Below are positions 42,540-56,225 of a stretch of DNA of 64,000 nucleotides, one piece after another (the stretch's first letter is position 1; the number at the start of each line of letters is the position of its first letter). Both the position numbers and the translations under genes were made by a program. The notes under the pieces were generated by a model. That model was not told where the DNA came from. It was given only the letters and a program-made list of their open reading frames with translations, and ran no database searches. This DNA comes from Octopus sinensis (Eukaryota). The DNA is taken from positions 9,114,001 through 9,178,000 of the forward strand of contig NC_043001.1 of assembly GCF_006345805.1 (NCBI RefSeq). The letters run 5' to 3'.

Positions 42540-43569
42540 AGTTTGAGGGATAAAGGGATGCAGAGCAGAACTGATTCTGGGTTTTTCATATAATTCCCTT
42601 TGTTAATTAATGAATTGGATTTCTGCAGAAACTAAAACTACAATCCAAATTTCAGGGAGGATGTTGGATGGGGAATAAAGCCGTGATATGAGAATTTGGT
42701 GAAATATGCGAGGGTCTTCGAAGCAAACAGCCTTATGCAACGGGTCGAGCTAACAGTTTAAGTGCGACATTTCATTGACTGAGAAGAGAAAACAAATCCA
42801 TCGTTGATGGGACTGGTTTGAAACCATCTTTACCAAGAAGGATAATTTAAGGAATTTAAATTATTTTAACCTTTAAATGGTCATAGGACTGCGGCTATGC
42901 TGCAGCACCGCCTTAAGTTATTTTTTATTGGTTCTGTTGTCGCTTTATAGCAGGAAATTATTGTGTCTCTGGCAGTTGGTCTTCCCTGAGTCAAATCCTC
43001 GAATAGTTGGCTGTTCCAGTATCGTCATTAGCAGTTTATCTAATGTTGTTGTTTTTCTTTTATACTGTTTCGGTAGAGGTTCCTTTTACATCTCTGATAC
43101 TTTCCTTTCCGTAAGCAGCTGAGGACCACTAAATACCAGATTGGTACAATAGAGTGATTTTGCTCGTGATTCCGCTATTGTGAATAGTTAAGAAGTGTTG
43201 ATTATTTAAAGTACCTCTAAAATATTCAATTGTTCACGCTTAATAGGTACTGAAAAATATCAAATGCTAAATCATATCCTCATAGTACATTGCGAGGTTT
43301 ACACAAATTATTAAGGGGTTAAATGGCTTTTGATATGTGGAGACAGGAATGTCACTTCAGAACAAAGAAGACGAACTGTCGACAATAGAAAGCTAACAGA
43401 AGTTATATGGATTGTGCCAACTAGCCCCAGCATCTTCCTCACGTATTCATTTCGTGATATGAAAATATCAAACCAGCTGAAGAATTTATCAAACCTTAGT
43501 AATTTCTCTGACGATTGTGTCAAATCCTGCATCTTTGTATGGTAAACTTTACTTGTCGTTCTTTCTCTC

Positions 43570-43627
<58 letters not shown>

Positions 43628-43732
43628 GCACACTCACGCACACACACACACACACACACAAAACGACGTTTTGGTGTAATATTTTACTTTTCTTCCTCTT
43701 AGCCTTCTCGATTTTCTGTTGCCACTAAACAC

Positions 43733-43788
<56 letters not shown>

Positions 43789-43799
43789 TATATATATAT

Positions 43800-43831
<32 letters not shown>

Positions 43832-43875
43832 ATATATATATTATATTTCTTTCTGTGTTTTTTTTCTCTCTGTGT

Positions 43876-44010
43876 ATCTTTCTGTTGAAGAGCGTAGGCT
43901 CGAAACGTTAAAGACTTGTTTTATTTATATTTCCTGAGCGCCATACTAATACAATTGTTCGTTTGTTTTCCACCTGCCTTCGTCTTTTGTCTATTTTCAT
44001 AAAGCTTCCC
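43876..44010 (+). repeat. Dispersed repeat with a hammerhead-like core (same family as 4170-4296)
   Basis: CTGTTGA-A-GAGC-GTAG-GCTC-GAAAC at 43882-43906. Confidence 0.55.
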
Positions 44011-44011
44011 G

Positions 44012-44055
<44 letters not shown>

Positions 44056-44929
44056 TATATATATATAATATATATATATATATTATATATATATATATAC
44101 ATATATATCTTTATTTCTCTCCCTTCTCTGCCGTTCTCTCTTTCTTTCTCTCTCTCCCTCGCTCTATCACTGCCTCGCGATGCTGGTTGTGTGTCATCAA
44201 CAGTCCGTCCTATTTCTCTCTTCTCTCTACTACTCCACTCTCAACATTGCCAAACGGTGAATATCGTATTTCAAACTTTCGAACAGAGAGCTTCGCATGT
44301 ACTGTCAAGCAATCTGATGAACCACAATAACAAACCAATCCAGTACATATTACAAGTTATGTAAAGTGTTTAACAGTTCATATAAACAGTCCACCAGCAT
44401 TACTCTACAACAACGTCTGACATAGAGAGGGAGAGAGAAAAATGGAGGGGAGGAGAGAAATTTAACATAATGTTCCAATATCAGACATGATATTCGAAGA
44501 TGTTGATCAGTGCCAGTAAATTATTTGGACGGGTGCCTGCTTAGTTAGGTTCATATCACTGAAGCTACACGCATGGAAAATCTCATGGCTGGTTGGAAGA
44601 ATTAATATCAAACATCACAGCGTAATTCTCGTTGTCGTGCCGTCATTATTTGTTTCTTTAGGTTCTTTGCTATGACGACGCCATTTTTACGCCGAAATAT
44701 CAACATTTATTTTAGCTATTGAATAAATTATGTAAATTTTACACAATTCTTTTCCGAATTGTTAGTCTTGCATCAATTGCAGAACCTCTTACTACTACTA
44801 CTGTTATCATTAATTGTTGTTATTACAGTCAGTTGATTCCACATACATATACATAAATACACACACGTGTACATACGGTAAGTAGATAGGAAGCTAAGCA
44901 GGTAGACAGGCAGTTATTTATGTTTATAT

Positions 44930-45490
44930 GTAGGTAGGTAGGTAGGTAGACAGGCGGTGAGGCAGTTAAGCATTCAGGGGGGTAGGCAGGTAGGCAGGTA
45001 AGTAGATAGTAGGTTAGGTAGGTAGGTTGGTAGGTAGGTAGGTAGGTAGGTAGGTAGGTAGGTAAGTAGGCAGGTAAGTAGGCAGTAGGTAAGCATGCAG
45101 ACAGGCAGGTATATATATACATCTATATATATATATTTATATTTATATATATATGTGTGTAGATAGGTAGATGACTAGTTAGGTGGGTGGATAGGTAGGT
45201 GGGTGAGTAGGTAGGTAGGTGGGTGAGTAGGTAGGTAGGTAGGTAGGTGAGTAGGTTGGTTGGTAGGTAGGTAGGTAAGTTGGGAGGTAGGTAGGTAGAT
45301 GAATACGTACGTGGATAGGTAGGTGGGTGGGTAGGTAGGTAGGTTGGTAAGTAGGTAGGTAGGTAGGTAAGTAAGTAGGCAGGCACGTACATAAGTAGGT
45401 TGATAGGTAGGAAGGTAGGTAGGTAGGTAGGTAGGTAGGTAGGTAGGTAGGCAGGCATGCATGCAGGCAGGCAGGTAGACAGGTAGGTAG
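44930..45490. repeat. (AGGT)n/(AGGC)n compound tetranucleotide array
   Basis: Seen directly. Confidence 0.95.
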
Positions 45491-48139
45491 GTAAATGGTT
45501 GTAGTTTTTGTTTTGTTGCAAAAGATCAACTTATACTCACATGCCTCCCAATCCATCTTAAACGCAACACATGACCATCCCTCCCAACTCTACAATCAGG
45601 CTTACAAATAATAAGTGCTGGAGCTGATTTGTTCGATTAAAGGCGGTGATCCAGCATGGCCGCGTGCCAATGATTGAAACAAGTAAAAGAATACAAGAAT
45701 TAAAGAATGTGTGTGTACGTGCGCGTGTGTTTGTGTGTTTGTGTGTGTCTGTTTGTCTGTATGTGTGTGTGCGTGTTTTCATGTGTGTCCGCGCATGTGT
45801 ATATGCTTGTGTGTCCGTGTGTCCGCGCGTGCGTATGTTAACAGTTATGTCGTTATAAATTATTCCATATTATTTTTTACTATTAGATATTCCCTGTAAC
45901 TTGTTTTGAATTTGTTTTGTTCCTTATTGCTCAGTGGTGGCTTATCATTTTTCTACTCGGTTTTTTCTTCATGTTTTAGTTAGAACTAATGTGAAGAGAG
46001 CGGGAAAGTGATTAACCAGATTAGGAGAACGATGTCAGTCTGGCGAAGGAACTATCTCAACTCACAACTTATTTCCTGTGCAATTGCTAAATATTTCACA
46101 TGGAACAACAGGATATGTTTAATGACTGTTTGGATTTATTTATGAAACAACGAAACCTTGGTTTAAATGGAAACATTATATCTAAATTTATGTGTGGAAT
46201 TTATCCCTCCTAAAATTACGCTTGAATTAATCTCAGTTTGAATTCAGCAGTGTCCAATAAATCGTATTGCGTTTTGTCTTTAAATTTAAATTTCTAACTA
46301 AAAGCAATTTGTTGCTCAAATTACTCAACAATGAATATTTATTGTATAGATTAAGTTAGAAACTTTGTCTGTCATTAGTTAAACAGAACAATTATGATTC
46401 ATTAGTTATTGGCGGATTTAAAAGAAAATCCTTATTTGAATTCAAATATCTTTTAATATTCATTTCGGGACGCGATTTTGATGCGCAATTTAGAAATCTT
46501 CATGCGTTTAATTGTGCGATTAAGCCATTTATGAAGCTTCGAAAAGCGAAGAACTAAATATTTTTTCAATCGATTGTCACGTTGATGATACTAAAATTCT
46601 GCAGAAGGTTGTTCAGGCATTCTGTGTTTATGATGTCTTTTTCCAGTTTTTATCTTCATCATGTTTCTCCTTCCCCCACTCTCTCTCTATTTCTTTCCCC
46701 CCCCTCTCTCTCTCTCTTCTCTCTCCTCTCTCTCCTCTTTATTTCTCTTTTCTTCTTCGGTTATTCACAGTACCTCCATGTCAGCTTTTTCAAACCTGTT
46801 TTTAAGTGTGAACCACGCATCACAGTAGCAGCTAATTGATACCTGCGTAGGAACCAACTACTATAACATTAGTTCTCGTACAAAACTCAACACTACATCA
46901 GATTCTGATGAGAAAATATCGATGATGGAGTGTATGATTATTACTGATGCATATTCTAGTGTCAATTATGTTTTATCACCCGAAACTGTGATTAACTAAA
47001 TCTCTGTTGTATCAGATTTACGCTCGCTCAATTTATTCGAGGTTTTATGTTGCTTTCAATCAGTCATCAGATCTCCATTTTGAAATAATGGCATAGTTAA
47101 TGTATTAGAATTTGTGAAGCTTTGCCTAGGACTCTCCATCATGTCAAAGTAATTATGTTTCTTAAGAAGAAACATTTTAATTATTGTATTTATAGATATA
47201 CTTTCTGGATAATTTATGAAATACTTGTACGACTGACTTTCATTATTGTAATATTCACCTCTCAGCAATATAAACTCACAGATAGTAGATATCTATTTCC
47301 AGTTTTGTCATTATATCTTTGTTATCGCCTACAGTGCATTCAGATAATGTTATAGGAGACGATTCAATAGTTTATTAAATTTCGACAGCGCATTCGTCCA
47401 TCACCTTAGAAAGAAAGAAACCGCCACTTATCTTATCGACAATTGCACTACATAATTATTGTGAATGTTATAATATTTGCGAGAGAGTTTCATGAGATAT
47501 ATCTTACGAATGAAAATTAACTAGCTGTTATCTGTAAGTGCTTGAGAAATACAAATGTAACAAGTTATTTGACAACTCAGTGTATTCAACGTCTATGATC
47601 CCTCTTAAGGTTTAGGAAGTTTCTGTATAAACACGAAATCTCAGCTGGCATAAAAGAAGATCTGCAATCATTGAAAATTCCATTGGAATTCTGAGTAATA
47701 ATGATGAGAAATTAATTAATTAATGCTGCAGAATTTTACGAGGAAGTTTTTTTTTGTTTTTTTTTTTTTTGAAACTGCAAAACTCTGCAGAACATAAACG
47801 GGAAATAAGAGATTACGCACGCAATATGGTTTTGTAATCAAAAGGATAGCATTTTAATGCGATATATATTTAATATCCCTTAGTCTAAAGATAATAGGCA
47901 GTATGGCCACTTTTCCGGACTCCCTTACATCATGTAATAAGAGACAATTAAGGAAAGACGTTGCTATTTCGGTTTTATGTTCACGTTCAACTCTTGAAAT
48001 GAATGGAAACGTTCTAAAATGGCAAGCAGCTCTTGGAAACAAGGATTTAATCAAGAATTGAGTATAACTTTAATAACTTAGAGATGTTTTGATCAAAGAT
48101 TAAGGATGGAGATTAGCTAAATCTTTTTCAAGTTTTGTG

Positions 48140-48460
48140 GTATCAGGGTCCATTCGAGTAGGGAGTTCTTGTTGAGTGAGTTGTATCCAGGTATCGGTGG
48201 GTTATCTGGTATTTCTTGAAGAAATTTGTCTAGATTCCCTTTAAAGCTAATGGGTTCCTTTTCTTCTTTGATCTGTTTCGGGACAATGTTAAATAGGGCA
48301 GATCCTGTTGAGGAAAAGAAATTATGAGGCTGTGTAATTAAGTGCTGTGATCCTGAATTCAGTAGTCCTAGCCTTGGATAAATTTTGAATTATATATGCT
48401 AAGGTGATCAGGGGGTAAAAGGACAATAGATTAGGCTTGTCGGTATGCGATGTGGTACAT
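48140..48460 (-). mobile_element. CR1-type LINE 3' fragment
   Basis: The minus strand reads HNFFSSTGSALFNIVPKQIKEEKEPISFKGNLDKFLQEIPDNPPIPGYNSLNKNSLLEW, a typical CR1 ORF2 C-terminus (FKxxLDKFL..IPD.P). Confidence 0.75.
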
Positions 48461-48555
48461 CCTGCGCTCCTCAAGAAAAACTCTGACACCATAAGGCTGC
48501 ACTGAAAGAAATAATTACTTTATGCCACAAGACGACAATATAATGATTTATGTAT

Positions 48556-48790
48556 AAGGCAGCGACCTGGTTGAATCGTTAGCATGCCGGACAAAATGCT
48601 TAGCTGCATGTCACTGGTTTTTATGTTCCGAGTTCAAATTCATCCGAGATCGGCTTTGCCTTTCAATCTTCCGGGGATTGATAAAACAAGTAGCAGTTGA
48701 ACACTGGGAGGGGTCCGATGTAATGGACCTAACCCTTCGACCGAAATTGCTGGTCTTTATACCAAAAAGTGAAATCACTCTAACGAATTA
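48556..48790 (+). mobile_element. SINE A, diverged copy
   Basis: Head, B box GAGTTCAAATTC and central GCCTTTCAATCTTCCGGGG motif. Confidence 0.7.
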
Positions 48791-48854
48791 TATAATACAG
48801 GCACACACACACACACACACACACACAAATTCACTAATAAAAGCACACATTCAT

Positions 48855-48914
<60 letters not shown>

Positions 48915-49515
48915 ATATATATATAATATATATATATGGAGGTTATGAAAGGTACTGGTGTCATTGAGACCCAAAGGTGTTAGGTAATGCTGAATAAGTG
49001 TTATAGATGGACCGTAGTTAAGTTCCAGGTTCGGTGATTATGCGAAGAGTTTCAACGTTGGTCATATGACAACGTGTGTATTTAATTTTTTTCGTAATGA
49101 GATTTAAAAAAAACAAGGCTGTGTAGAGTTTAGAACATTTATAGATAGAAGGTCTAAGTGGCTGAGATTACAACAATTCCTGCTGAAGCTGAACGGAATG
49201 TTGATTCAGAAGTATGTGTTTGTGTATGCGTGTGTGTAATGAAGTGTTAATATGGTTTTTACATGTAGCAGGCTCCTATATTGTGACTCGTCTGTTGTCC
49301 ATGCGAATCAATTCGTTCACTCGATAACAATTTGTGTCCCGGTTTACAGATGATCCTTTCCTGCTACGTAATTTATCATTAGTGCTGGCTCCCAGTCTTC
49401 GAAATATCTGTGCCCATGGCTATTACCACTGGTGACCTCTCTCTCTCTCTCTGTCTCTCTCTGTCTGTCTCTCTCTGTCTGTCTGTCTCTCTGTCTGTCT
49501 CTGTCTCTCTCTCTG

Positions 49516-49546
<31 letters not shown>

Positions 49547-50469
49547 GTCTATGTCTCTTTATCTACCTCTCTTTTTCTCTCTTTCCAAATCGAGTACCTT
49601 GTTCTCCAAGAAGGGTACCAGGAACCATTCACTGTGTCTCCTCTTCTTCAGAAATTGATAACGATTGATCGAGAAGTTAGCAACTTCTATTAGCTAACTT
49701 TCAATTTTGATGGAACTTTGGAAGTAGGAGAAAGTACAACTTTACTCATTTTTATGAAATACGTAAATACAATTCAGAAAGTATTTTGTGGGAGAAATAT
49801 TTAACGTGTTTGTAATTGGAGTCAGTGTGTTCCACAAAACAAAACAAAACTGAGCGAAATGAACTTTTGTGAACCAAATGAAAGGATCTCAACAAATACA
49901 ATTAAAATTGATATCATACGTGTTTCATGTGTTTATTACAGTGAAAATGTATTGTTTAAATAAAACAGACCCGTATGGAAGTCGGAAACAAACGAGCGTT
50001 CGATACAGACAAAAGAGAAGGAAATACAAACAAAACTGAACGAATTTTTAATACAAAGCTACATAAAACGAACATGATGTATACCTAATATATATATATA
50101 TGTATATATGTATATATGTATATGTATAAACAAACCGTTTTATGTTCGTAGGATAAATCAATCAGGAACAAAAATTGATAAATACAGCCAAGACACAAAT
50201 GACTATGTGATGAGATAAATATATCAAAGCTATTATAAGTGTGGGTTAATTAACTTAAACTGATATTTAACTAGAAACAGATACGGATATCATTCAAATA
50301 ATACAACCCATTCTCTGCATAAACACCAGCCAATAACACAACAAAACACTGGGTCTTTACATATTCGATATCCAGCACTATAACACCAAATAACACAGAC
50401 GATTTACATTTCACGCAATTTAGTCCGAAAAGCTTAACAAAACACACACACACACAGTGTGTATACACT

Positions 50470-50746
50470 TATTTCGGCGGAATTGAACTCAGAACGTAGT
50501 GGCAGACGAAATACCTATTTCTTTACTACCCACAAGGAGCTAAACACAGAGAGAACAAACAAGGACAGACGAACGGATTAAGTTGATTATATCGACCCCA
50601 GTGCGTAACTAGTACTTTATTTATCGATCCCGAAAGGATGAAAGGCAAAGTCGACCTCGGCGGAATTTGAACTCAGAACGTAACGGCAGACGAAATACGG
50701 CTACGCATTTCGCCCGGCGTTCTATGTTTCTGCCAGCTCACCGCCC
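50470..50746 (-). mobile_element. SINE A multimer with an internally deleted distal unit and 12-bp TSD
   Basis: CAGTGTGTATAC at 50455-50466 and 50751-50762; junction at 50515/50516. Confidence 0.85.
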
Positions 50747-51918
50747 TCAGCAGTGTGTATACTCTATATAATTAATTAATGGCTGATGCAAAAATAATCC
50801 TAATCACACAGGACCTAAAATACTGAAACATCGCCCAACAAAATTAGCAACAGCCTCTTTAGACATAACTTAAAGAACAGACGATAGAATAAAATAATAG
50901 CCGATATATTGGGGCAGGCGTGACTATCGGTGCAGGCTTGGCTATAGGTGCCATTCAGCCTTGAAGTCTTGTACCATGTTTTGTTATTTTGAGGCTCAAG
51001 ACTTTTCATACACCCCTCCTATACGCTCACCCCCCCCACACACACACACACATACCGGCTCTTTATCTGATTCTTTCTCTATGTGTTGCTGTCCGTGTAT
51101 GTATAGGTAAAGAATTTGTTTACTCATTGTCTGCCAAGAAGTCTAGTATATGTACATATCCTGAGCCACAACAGTTAATTCACACTGTATCTCTCTCTTA
51201 CATTCTCCCCCTCTCTTTGTGGTGTGTAAAGTGCTACCAGTAAATTCGACCAATCAACCAACCAACACTTTTATCGAATATTATTATATAGCGGTCGCCA
51301 TTTGCATTTTTTTGGTTTTTCATCATAGATTAACAAAAATTACAATACATTTCTTTTATTGAATAAATTCCGTTTGGCTAGCTGCCCGTATTATTCAGTT
51401 GTGCAGTATCTCTTCGATATTATTTCGCATGTGATGTGAAAAATCAGGGAGAGCTTTGGGCAAACTAGAAATCTTTGATGAAGAAAAACTACAAGATTTC
51501 CCTTGAATCAGCCGACATACTGCAGCAGATAATTGAATTTCGTGTCTCTCCACAGTGATCAAATACGTTGTGACTTACGACTAGAATCATGTCTCAACAT
51601 GTCACTATCAATGCTTCAGGGATTCGTAATATGTTTTAGTTTCACATCTAGTTAACTTAGTGGAGATTTTTGCGGAACACAGAGAATTATTTACAGCAAG
51701 AACAAATATGGCTGCAAAAACAAATATGGCTGCAAGAACAAATATGGCTGCATTACGTCCGTCTTTCCGTTCTTAGTTCAAATACAGCACAGGAAGAATG
51801 TATTTTCCATCTTTTCAGGGTCGATAAAATCTGTACCAGTAGAGTACTCAGGTCAATGTTATCGATTGGGTGCCCCTCTCGAAATTGCTGGCATTGTGCA
51901 CAAATTTGAAACCATGAA

Positions 51919-51981
<63 letters not shown>

Positions 51982-52007
51982 CGTTATTATTATTATTATT
52001 ATTATTA

Positions 52008-52044
<37 letters not shown>

Positions 52045-52059
52045 GTCATTATTATTATT

Positions 52060-52350
52060 CATATATGTAAACGCACACCTCATTTTGATGGAAAGTGTCA
52101 CCTGCCCACAACCAGCAGACTAAGGTGACACTTGTTTTACTGGTCATTCTTCAAGAACCCTGCGATGAATTCTTGCATTTCCAAGCAATACTGATCTTTC
52201 TAGGTATTCTACCTTCACACTTGCGCCGATTTTTTTTCAGCCATGCTAGTAGTTGAGTGTTGAAACTTCGAAATGCACCAATTACTATAGGTATAAGGTC
52301 TGCTCTCTTCATTATCCACAAACTTCGTATTTCCCACTTAAAATCACTAC
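52060..52350 (-). mobile_element. R4/Dong-like (RLE-type) LINE 3' fragment followed by (AAT)n
   Basis: The minus strand reads DFKWEIRSLW...IPIVIGAF, then after a frameshift ..LLGNARILRRVL-like. A short 3' UTR with a GTGTCACCT/AGGTGACAC hairpin is followed by the (AAT)n array at 51918-52060. Confidence 0.7.
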
Positions 52351-52732
52351 AGCTTGTTTTTTCTTCTTCTTTCACATTGACACAAGGCCAAAAATTCCGG
52401 TAGTGGGGTGGTTTGATTACATCAACCCCAGTACCAAACTAGTACTTATTCCATCGACCCTGAGAAATCGAAAAGCTAAATCTACCTTGATTCCTCTCCT
52501 TGAACACACCTAGGTGTTTGTACTCATTCGTAGCGTTGTTAACCCACCAAATATATACGTTTTTATTATCATTTTCCAATTTAATTAATCATCGGTATAT
52601 TATTGTTATTTTAATTTTAATATTTCTATTATATGTAATTTTCTAGATGGTGTAATTTAATTATTCGTTTTGAATTGATAAAAGGTGTTTTTTTCTAATT
52701 TATATATATATATATGTGTGTGCGTGTATATA

Positions 52733-52772
<40 letters not shown>

Positions 52773-52834
52773 TATATATGTATATATAAGTATATATACA
52801 TATATATGTATATATATGTATATATATATGTATA

Positions 52835-52865
<31 letters not shown>

Positions 52866-52933
52866 GTATATATATAATATATATATGTATATATTATATA
52901 ATATATATAATATATATATATATATATATCTGT

Positions 52934-52968
<35 letters not shown>

Positions 52969-53005
52969 TATATATATAGATATATATCATATATATATAT
53001 ATATA

Positions 53006-53042
<37 letters not shown>

Positions 53043-53048
53043 TATATA

Positions 53049-54060
53049 TCTATATAAACTGTAGTTGTGTGAGTGTCTGTCCCCTTCGATTTAGATTCCT
53101 AACTACTCTCCACATTTTGCGGTTTAGTTTAACCAAATTTGGGTATCTTATAGTCGTGATTAATGTCGAGCCCGTCTGACTATTAGCGCGCGTCTATGAT
53201 GAGTCTACGATTTTTAAAATAATTTAACATCATTTTTTATTCCATTTTAATGCATATTTTTTCGTGTGTCGATGGCGGCGGAGTTGGCGTCCACGCTCAC
53301 AGCTGCACCTGTGTTGCTTCTCCCCCTTCTTCCTTCCCTCGTGAAGCTGTGGGGAAGGGAGTGTAAGGAAATCAACGTCGTAATGCGTTGTCAAGGAGAC
53401 CAGCGTTCCTTTAGAACAACGACTTGATGGCTTGAAGTCGCCAAAACAGAAATCGCTAAAAAAGCTGAAACAGATCCAGAAAAACGGCAAAAACCGCCAC
53501 ACAGGGCAGGTTTCCTGTGCAAACAATTTGCACAACCCAAAGTTTTAGTTGTTGCACAAATCTTTATATATAAAAGTAAGGTTGTGTGTCTGTCTCCTAC
53601 GATTTAGATTCCTAACTACTCCCACATTTTGCGGTGCAGTGTAACCAAAACCGGGTATCTTATAGTCGTGATTCATATCGAGCCCTTCTGAGTATTAGCG
53701 CGCGTCTACGATGAGTCTACGATTTAAAAAAAAATTTACCATCATTTTTTATTCCATTTTAATGCATTTTTCGCTATTATGTAAGGGAAGTAACTCTCTA
53801 AAAATGTCTACGATGAGTCAACGATTAAAAAAAAATACCATCATTTTTTATTCCATTTTAATGCATTTTTCCCTATTATATAAGGGAAGTAACTCTCTAA
53901 AAATGTCTACGATGAGTCAACGATTTAAAAAAAAAATTACGATCATTGTTTATTCCATTTTTAATGCATTTTTTGCTATTTTTTTGCTATAACTCACTAA
54001 GAATGCTTATATAGTTATTTCCCTTACAAATCCGAGCAACGCCGGGCGATACTCTGCTAG
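53049..54060 (+). mobile_element. Composite non-autonomous Helitron: two 5' TC ends (53049, 53561) and one 3' hairpin-CTAG end (54060), inside (TA)n
   Basis: Both halves are homologous to 16289-16683. Terminal CCGAGCAACGCCGGG...CTAG|T. Confidence 0.8.
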
Positions 54061-54103
54061 TATAATATATATATATAATATATATATATATTATATATAT
54101 ATA

Positions 54104-54135
<32 letters not shown>

Positions 54136-54541
54136 GGTATATGGATAGATGGATGGATGTATTCGATGGACTTCCTCAGAGATTCCGTCCCCAAAATTCC
54201 TTCAGAAGGCATTAGCCGTACCACAACTATAGTAGAAGACTCTTCCTCAAGATGCTGTGCGGTGATACCGAACCTGCGACCTCACATCCAAGCCTCGACC
54301 TATTCTTATTTATGTCGTTATCATTGAGCTTCCGGTTTTACTCGCAGATATTTTTTAAGATTCTCTTGTTTTCTGTCGATCACGTTGTAAAGGCACAAGA
54401 CCTGATAGTTAAGGATTTCCAGCTCTTGATCTTAATGTTGTCAGTTCGATTCCTCTACCAGGCACCGCATAGAATCCTTCATCACGGTACATTGCCACAG
54501 TCTCCTCGACTGTAAATTTCTACCAGCCGCTTAATTGTACA

Positions 54542-54614
<73 letters not shown>

Positions 54615-55469
54615 GAAATAATAATGTTGAGGATTTCGAATTAGTTTCCCATTCAATATTCCTGACATTGTGCTTAAATTAGAAACAGAGACAGAAACTG
54701 AAACTGCTCGGTGGGGGGGGGAGTATCCAACGTTTTGGGCAAAACCTTTGTGATAATGACCACAGGGAAATAACGGAAAGACAGCATGTTTTATACATCT
54801 TGTGTGTTTGAAAAACTGTCTACAACTGGTGGAGATTTCAAGTCAACATGAGCTGCATTCGTAGGCAGGATGTCGGAGAAACAGGGTGAGAGTAGAGGAA
54901 GGGAAGAGAAATGAAAAGAGAAAAGGAAGAGGACGGATTGAGGTGGAAGAAAACACTGACGTGCGAGGAGAGCTAAGGGATAAGAGTAAGATTTCTTTAC
55001 TAAAAGGAAATGTAGGATTAGAAAGTAAGACATTAATTTATACTCATTAGTAAAATGGTTACGACTTTGAATATAAATCATTGCTTCCGCTCCATTTTAT
55101 CTGGTAAACTAGAGTTATTTTGTTGCCGGTAGAGAGTGGAAATTATTGAAAAGGCTGTGAGATGCAACAAAACTTTTAGAAAAATAAAGAAGGAAATAAG
55201 TGGAAATTTTAGCGGTGAATGTGTTAAATTATAAGGCGTTAAAAGAGAATGACTCTCCCCAGACACAACAGAATATGCGTCAACACACAAACTCACATAA
55301 AATAATCTTGCAAACCTAATCTAAAAACGAAATAGCTGCAGGTAAATTTTGCGTCTAAAAGAAATTTTCACGTAATACATTGCAATCTTGATTATCCAGT
55401 CGATCGCTTTTTTTTACGCGCTTTGAAGCATTTTTACATTTGGGACTACAAAATGTGCTTCATATTTCT

Positions 55470-55870
55470 TTACAGCCCACAAGGGGCTAAATATACAGGG
55501 GAAAAATAAGGGAAAATTAAGTCGATTATATCGACCCCATTGCGTAACTGGTACTTATTTAATCGACTCCGAAGGATAAAAGCTATGTCGACCTCGGCGG
55601 AATTTGAACTCAGAACGTAACTGCAGACGAAATACCTATTTCTTTACTACCCACAAGGAGCTAAACACAGAGAGAACAAACAAGGACAGACAAACGGATT
55701 AAGTCGATTATATCGACTCCAGTGCGTAACTGGTACTTATTTAATCGACCCTGAAAGGATGACAGACAAAGTCGACCACGGCGGAATTTGAACTCAGAAC
55801 GTAACGGCAGACGAAATACCACAAAGCTTTTCGCCCGGCGTGCTAACGTTTCTGCTAGCTCGCCGCCTTG
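55470..55870 (-). mobile_element. SINE A dimer
   Basis: Junction at 55636/55637; complete head at 55810-55870. Confidence 0.85.
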
Positions 55871-55969
55871 CTTCACCGCCTTAAATTCTGCCCTACTCTA
55901 AGCACAAGGCCCGACATTTTGGGGGAGGGACCAGTCGATTAGATCGACCGCAGTACGCAACTAGTACTT

Positions 55970-56225
55970 AAAGTGCTTCACCGATACACTTAAAGCCTCA
56001 CTGAAGCAATTCGAGATGAAACCTGACACATGGGAAACAGGCCCAAAAGTAGTGCTACCCCCTACAAATAGAACAGAATTGCAAGGGCACAAACAAAACG
56101 TAAACTACGCAAGTCCAGAACGAACTCCCTGCCTTCAGTCCCAACTGATCACCAATGCTTGACCAGTGCCTAAATCTTCAGAGCGAGCATCGGACTGACT
56201 GGACACAGCAAGACACACCATGAAT
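55970..56225 (+). mobile_element. RTE-type LINE 3' fragment
   Basis: FTDTLKASLKQFEMKPDTWE ... KRKLRKSR ... FRASIGLTGHSKTH across frameshifts, matching the RTE ORF C-terminal pattern. Confidence 0.7.

Noticed and set aside
49590-49660. Possible 48-nt minus-strand micro-exon
   Set aside because: Splice signals are weak and there is no supporting homology.
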